A program made the position numbers and the translations under genes. A model generated the notes under the pieces. The model searched no databases. It saw only the letters and a list, made by a program, of their open reading frames with translations, and was not told the DNA's origin. Source: Candidatus Zixiibacteriota bacterium (lineage in GTDB: Bacteria; Zixibacteria; MSB-5A5; GN15; FEB-12). From it: a stretch of DNA of 41,188 nucleotides. The stretch covers positions 1 to 41,188 of the forward strand of contig JAJRZL010000086.1 of NCBI GenBank assembly GCA_024275255.1. The letters run 5' to 3'. Numbering within the stretch: position 1 is the first letter of the stretch; each line of letters begins with the position of its first letter. This document shows, piece after piece, positions 37,630 through 41,188 of the stretch.

Positions 37630-38063
37630 TAGATAATGATTATCTCATAGCCGTATTGCGGTTGGTTGTCGGTATCGTTTTTATTTATGCCTCCGTATAT
37701 AAAATTGCCGATCCCGGCGCTTTTGCCAAGTCCATTTGGTATTATCACATGATACCCGGCAGTCTTATCAATCTGATTGCCATTATTCTTCCCTGGGTAG
37801 AGTTGATTTGCGGGATTTGTTTAATCCTTGGGGTATGGTACGATGGCTCGGTCATCCTTATCAACCTGATGACATTCGTGTTTATCATTGCTCTTGCCAG
37901 CGCATATTATCGCGGGCTGGATATTGATTGCGGCTGCTTCAAAGCATCATCCGGCGGGGGAAGCTCGGTGTTGAAATCACTATTATTCGATATTGTTTTG
38001 CTTGCTTTCACGATAGCATTACTATTCAGCCGCTCCCGAAAGTGGCGGCTGGAAGGGAAGTAA
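37617..38063 (+). CDS. MauE/DoxX-family redox-associated membrane protein
   Basis: It is 148 aa with four predicted TM segments. It starts like DoxX/MauE proteins (LRLVVGIVFIYASVYKI.DP..F) and carries the conserved DCGCF motif. Its start overlaps the rhodanese gene end by 13 nt. Confidence 0.7.
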   Translation: MRRIIDNDYLIAVLRLVVGIVFIYASVYKIADPGAFAKSIWYYHMIPGSLINLIAIILPWVELICGICLILGVWYDGSVILINLMTFVFIIALASAYYRGLDIDCGCFKASSGGGSSVLKSLLFDIVLLAFTIALLFSRSRKWRLEGK

Positions 38064-38115
38064 TAAACAAGTAGCTATACAGTCCGGCAGAACACCCGTT
38101 CCCCGGAAGAAACAG

Positions 38116-39396
38116 CTATTTCAGGATATGAGGGGTAATCAGTATCACCAGGTCCGTAGTGGTTTTATCAACTGTTTTATTAGTGAAAAGTATTTTCCCC
38201 AATAAAGGAATATGTCCCAATAACGGCACCCGGTAAATACGCTCAATTTCGTTTTTCTTCAACAATCCGCCAAGGGCGGCGGTTTCTCCGTCCTCGACCG
38301 TAATAATCGTACTGACCGACCGTGAGGTTGTGATTGGCTTCTGGTTATCAGGTGGTCCGGTGTATCCGATAATATCTTCGACTTTGGGGTACACTTCGAG
38401 GGTTATCTGGTTGTTGACATTGATTCTCGGGGTAACCCGTAATGAAATACCGACTTCTTCATCCTGGAAAGTCACGATATCCGATGTCGCTGCACCTTCG
38501 GTAAAACGATTGATAGTTGCAATAGGAATAATAGTTTCAATTTTGATTTCCGCTTCGTGATTTTCGAGGGTAGTAATCCGTGGGTCAGAAATAAGTTTGC
38601 TGTTGCCGTTCTTTTTGAGCATATCGAGAACGAACTGTAGTTGCCCGATAGACAGTTTTGCCCACTGCCAGTCGCCGTTTTGAGGGTTATATGTTGCTGC
38701 GGAGGATGTACTGGTTGTTGAACTTGTTCCCGAAGTGGAATCACTGGCGCCACCTAATGTGGCAGTAAGCGCTGTGGGCCATGAAAAACCAACTTTTAGG
38801 TTATCATCAATTACCGTTTCGATAATTTTTACTTCAATGGAAATCAGTGTTTCTTGTTTATCAACCTGACCGATAACGTTTAACATTTCATCAATCACTT
38901 CGGGGATATCGGTTATCAGAATACGGTTTGATTTGTAGGTGTTTTTGCTGCCGCTTTTGGCGATGTTTTTATCAAGGATAACAATTTCCCCTTTATCAGT
39001 GGAAAACGGTTCAAGCGCCTTTTTTACCGTAATCGGGTCAGCATATTTCAGTGTAACAATTTTTGTTGTCAATTCTCCCGGCGCATCATTCTGAAGCGGT
39101 TTTATAATAATGACATCATCGTTAAAATAATAGTTATATCCGAATGGACTCAAAATGGCGTTGAGAGCAGTATATATATCAACCTCGGTAAGCCGTAATG
39201 TCACATCTCCGGTTACTTCTCCTGAGACAACAAGGTTCAGGTTGTTTTGTTGGGCAATCATGTTCAGGACTGTGATAATAGGAACCCCTTCGAGTTCCAT
39301 CGTAATACGAGTATTGGTATTCGATGGTGTCCCAAACAGCTCCGCCGTGAAAAACAGCCATAAGCAAGATATAATAAGATAAGGTTTCAGTTTCAT
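38116..39396 (-). CDS. pilQ: Secretin (PilQ/GspD family), short 426-aa form
   Basis: It has a signal peptide, an N0/STN-like domain (ELEGVPIITVLNMIAQQNNLNLVV...) and an N1-like domain. The secretin C-domain carries ...GETAALGGLL......RVPLLGHIPLLGKILF....D.TTTDLVILITPHIL. No AMIN domains are present. Confidence 0.8.
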   Translation of the reverse strand: MKLKPYLIISCLWLFFTAELFGTPSNTNTRITMELEGVPIITVLNMIAQQNNLNLVVSGEVTGDVTLRLTEVDIYTALNAILSPFGYNYYFNDDVIIIKPLQNDAPGELTTKIVTLKYADPITVKKALEPFSTDKGEIVILDKNIAKSGSKNTYKSNRILITDIPEVIDEMLNVIGQVDKQETLISIEVKIIETVIDDNLKVGFSWPTALTATLGGASDSTSGTSSTTSTSSAATYNPQNGDWQWAKLSIGQLQFVLDMLKKNGNSKLISDPRITTLENHEAEIKIETIIPIATINRFTEGAATSDIVTFQDEEVGISLRVTPRINVNNQITLEVYPKVEDIIGYTGPPDNQKPITTSRSVSTIITVEDGETAALGGLLKKNEIERIYRVPLLGHIPLLGKILFTNKTVDKTTTDLVILITPHILK

Positions 39397-39402
39397 AATC
39401 TA

Positions 39403-39864
39403 TTATCCTCTGGCAACAGTTAGGGTAATGCGTTTCCCGCAGCAATCGAGCACTACTTTATTTCGTGCTATATTAATCACTTTGGCATTATCTACAGTGT
39501 CACCTGCTTTTACAGGTTTTTTATTTATGATGGCAACCGGATTGGTTGCATTATAGATAATTCCTGATAGTATGAAGTCATGTTGAACCGCTTGTTTTGC
39601 CTGTTTTGGTTGCAATGCCTGGGCATGGAATGGGTCCTCACCCCAGGAAAGTTTTTCATATTTTTCGATATCTATGAGTTTCTTCGGTACATGATTTTGT
39701 GTCGGTGTATAGGATGTTGCCGCCGGATCTGTTGTTGCTGCACTGGTATTATCCTGCTGTTGCGGGCTTGTCTTTTTGTCGCTGGGTTGATAATTATATA
39801 CAGCCCAGATGATAGCAAGCGGCAAAGTAAAGAACACTATTTTCTTGCGAGTTTTTTCTGTCAT
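39403..39864 (-). CDS. PilP-like pilus/secretion assembly protein
   Basis: It is 153 aa with an N-terminal TM or lipoprotein-like anchor and a Pro/Gln/Thr-rich linker. A WGEDPF motif is present. The C-terminal small beta-domain is ILSGIIYNATNPVAIINKKPVKAGDTVDNAKVINIARNKVVL. It is positioned between pilO and the secretin. Confidence 0.45.
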   Translation of the reverse strand: MTEKTRKKIVFFTLPLAIIWAVYNYQPSDKKTSPQQQDNTSAATTDPAATSYTPTQNHVPKKLIDIEKYEKLSWGEDPFHAQALQPKQAKQAVQHDFILSGIIYNATNPVAIINKKPVKAGDTVDNAKVINIARNKVVLDCCGKRITLTVARG

Positions 39865-40424
39865 GAGTTTTCCCTGAAACCACCTAACAGCGCTTTGAAA
39901 CCAACGGTCATTTCAAGTTGTGCTGTTGCGTTTTCAACCTTTTTTATCTGACAGGATGTCACCCCTCTGAAGAATGGAGCTTTTTCCAGAGTTGATATAT
40001 ATTTCCCGAAATCCAGAAACGAACCTTCAAAATGTAATTTTATAGTGATAAATAACGGGTTATCTACTGATGGCATTATGGTATTCAATGAAAGCAATTC
40101 CTGTAATGATGGCTCAATCTCGGTTATATGCAATTGATGTTCCCGGGCTGTTTCCCGAAGGTGAGCAAACAGATTGAGGATATCATTTTTCGCATAAAGC
40201 TGACAATCAACAGAGCTGCGTTTATCAGATAAGCGACGAGATGCTACCAACAGGGATGGCAGCTCTGCTCGTACCTTTGAGAACTCATCCAGTTTACTTT
40301 GTGCTGTTGCTATGTCTGCTTCGATTACCGTCATTTTTTGATGGTATGGAGTGTAGAACAACAGGAACCATAAGCCAACAAGAACAGCACCAACAATCAG
40401 GTATATGATAAATATCCTGTTCAA
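39861..40424 (-). CDS. pilO: PilO-like type IV pilus biogenesis protein
   Basis: It is 187 aa with an N-terminal TM helix, a coiled coil (IEADIATAQSKLDEFSKVRAELP) and a ferredoxin-like C-domain. It has ATGA-type overlaps with both neighbours. Confidence 0.55.
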   Translation of the reverse strand: MNRIFIIYLIVGAVLVGLWFLLFYTPYHQKMTVIEADIATAQSKLDEFSKVRAELPSLLVASRRLSDKRSSVDCQLYAKNDILNLFAHLRETAREHQLHITEIEPSLQELLSLNTIMPSVDNPLFITIKLHFEGSFLDFGKYISTLEKAPFFRGVTSCQIKKVENATAQLEMTVGFKALLGGFRENS

Positions 40425-41188
40425 ATGATACCTCTCATGCCAATTTGAAACTCTAAAACAAAGGCATCGCCCTCATGTCGTTTTACGTGACGCTTTAAGT
40501 TGACATTCTCATAAAACGGGCTGGCATTCAGACGTTCCACGTATTCAGCGAGTATTACTTCCGGTGGTATGCTGTCGGAAACAACCTGCCCGTAAAGTTG
40601 AAGATTTTCAGTGCTGTTGTCATTCGAGAAATCCAACTGTAGTAATTCCAGATATTCGGGGGAGATTCGCGATAATTCTTTGAGGTTGAGATCAAGATAG
40701 TTTGGGTTCTGTTTGGTTTGTTTCAAATATGACTCCGCAATGGCAATACTTTGTTTCAGGCGGTTGTATTCGCTATAGAGATCTGATTTTTGAAATTCGG
40801 TTATTTCCCTTTGGAGTGAGGTAACGATACGTTGTTTTACTCGCAGGTTATAATTAAGGAATCCCCAAATTATTATCAGAAGAATCGACAACCCGGTAAT
40901 GGCCAGTCTTCCGTAAGAATGGTTCCTTATCCTCTGTAATATTGCCTTGTCTTCTTCCGGTAGTAAGTTTGCGAGTTTGTACTGGCAGGTCGATGCTGCC
41001 AAAACGGGCAGACAAACAGCCGCCGATTCTAATACCTCCAGCTGGGGGCTATGTAATGAATGAAGCTGATCAAACGGAAAACGGAGAAACTTGAATCCCA
41101 GCGTATTATTTAATGATGCAATAAGTTCAGGGCTGTATGCAAGGTCACCATAGATGTACACTTCATCGGTTGATAAAGTCTGATACTG
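40421..41188 (-). CDS. PilM C-terminal region fused to PilN (5' end off-window)
   Basis: The frame is open to the window edge (QYQTLSTDEVYIYGDLAY...). The PilN signature ANLLPEE (INLLP-type PilM-binding motif, about 40958-40969) follows the PilM-like part with no stop or start between them. After that come a TM helix (LAITGLSILLIIIWGFL), a coiled coil and a PilN-like C-domain. Confidence 0.55.
   Translation of the reverse strand, partial: QYQTLSTDEVYIYGDLAYSPELIASLNNTLGFKFLRFPFDQLHSLHSPQLEVLESAAVCLPVLAASTCQYKLANLLPEEDKAILQRIRNHSYGRLAITGLSILLIIIWGFLNYNLRVKQRIVTSLQREITEFQKSDLYSEYNRLKQSIAIAESYLKQTKQNPNYLDLNLKELSRISPEYLELLQLDFSNDNSTENLQLYGQVVSDSIPPEVILAEYVERLNASPFYENVNLKRHVKRHEGDAFVLEFQIGMRGII

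Noticed and set aside
39394-39405. The pilP-like ORF and the secretin ORF are in the same reading frame, separated by a single stop. I considered UGA/Sec read-through or a split gene.
   Set aside because: The intervening stop is TAA, not TGA. It is followed by TAG in frame. The stop region doubles as an SD (AGAGGATAA) for the secretin ATG. These are two normal genes.
1-41188. A search for selenoprotein genes (in-frame TGA joining two same-frame ORFs) prompted by selA, selB and selC
   Set aside because: Every sizeable coding region is already explained by one uninterrupted ORF. No adjacent same-strand ORF pair is joined in frame by TGA. There is no candidate in this window.
1-41188. Looked for CRISPR repeats, IS or transposon ends, integrases, phage genes, defence systems, rRNA and riboswitch-like leaders
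   Set aside because: I saw no regularly spaced direct repeats, no inverted terminal repeats flanking genes and no recombinase-like ORFs. The intergenic regions are short (at most 330 bp) and contain only promoter-like AT-rich sequence or simple hairpins. A covariance-model scan (Rfam) would be needed to exclude small structured RNAs in 21973-22302, 23797-23978 and 36961-37113.

Overview
This is a 41,188-bp, densely coding, chromosomal-looking window with about 36 protein genes, one tRNA and a few hairpin terminators. By eye I saw no CRISPR array, transposase, integrase, phage genes, toxin-antitoxin pair or recognisable defence island.

Gene order, plus strand unless marked:
- bshC (5' end off-window), bshA, bshB: bacillithiol synthesis.
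- tRNA-Sec (selC, minus strand).
- recG, a DUF1844 protein, murB.
- A 2,023-aa SprA/Sov-type T9SS translocon.
- A long minus-strand block, transcribed right to left: beta-barrel-like protein, M28 lipoprotein peptidase, selA, selB, Amidohydro_3 hydrolase, nfeD, SPFH/stomatin.
- A long plus-strand block: aldehyde dehydrogenase, a COG2403 (cyclic-2,3-diphosphoglycerate-synthetase-like) P-loop protein, carbamate kinase, CCA-adding enzyme, sucC, sucD, korDABG (4-subunit 2-oxoacid:ferredoxin oxidoreductase), ndk, a LarA-family protein, mdh, icd, and a membrane rhodanese plus MauE/DoxX pair.
- A minus-strand type IV pilus assembly cluster that runs off the right edge, listed here left to right (transcription is right to left): secretin, PilP-like, PilO, PilM-PilN fusion.

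The gene content (bacillithiol, SprA, ferredoxin-dependent KOR, Sec decoding) suggests an anaerobic or microaerophilic FCB-superphylum-like bacterium. That is inference only.

I do not see a convincing, self-contained undescribed multi-gene system. The window is mostly housekeeping. The observations most worth follow-up are:
1. A LarA-family (nickel-pincer 2-hydroxyacid racemase) gene with all catalytic residues intact, embedded between ndk and mdh in a TCA gene cluster.
2. SucD carrying a 65-aa histone-H1-like Lys/Ala tail.
3. The split selenocysteine machinery, with an amidohydrolase translationally coupled into the end of selB.
4. A bacterial COG2403 protein next to an orphan carbamate kinase.
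5. A stand-alone SprA with an Arg/Gly-rich insert.

All functional calls rest on my recognition of motifs in the supplied translations. No database search was run.
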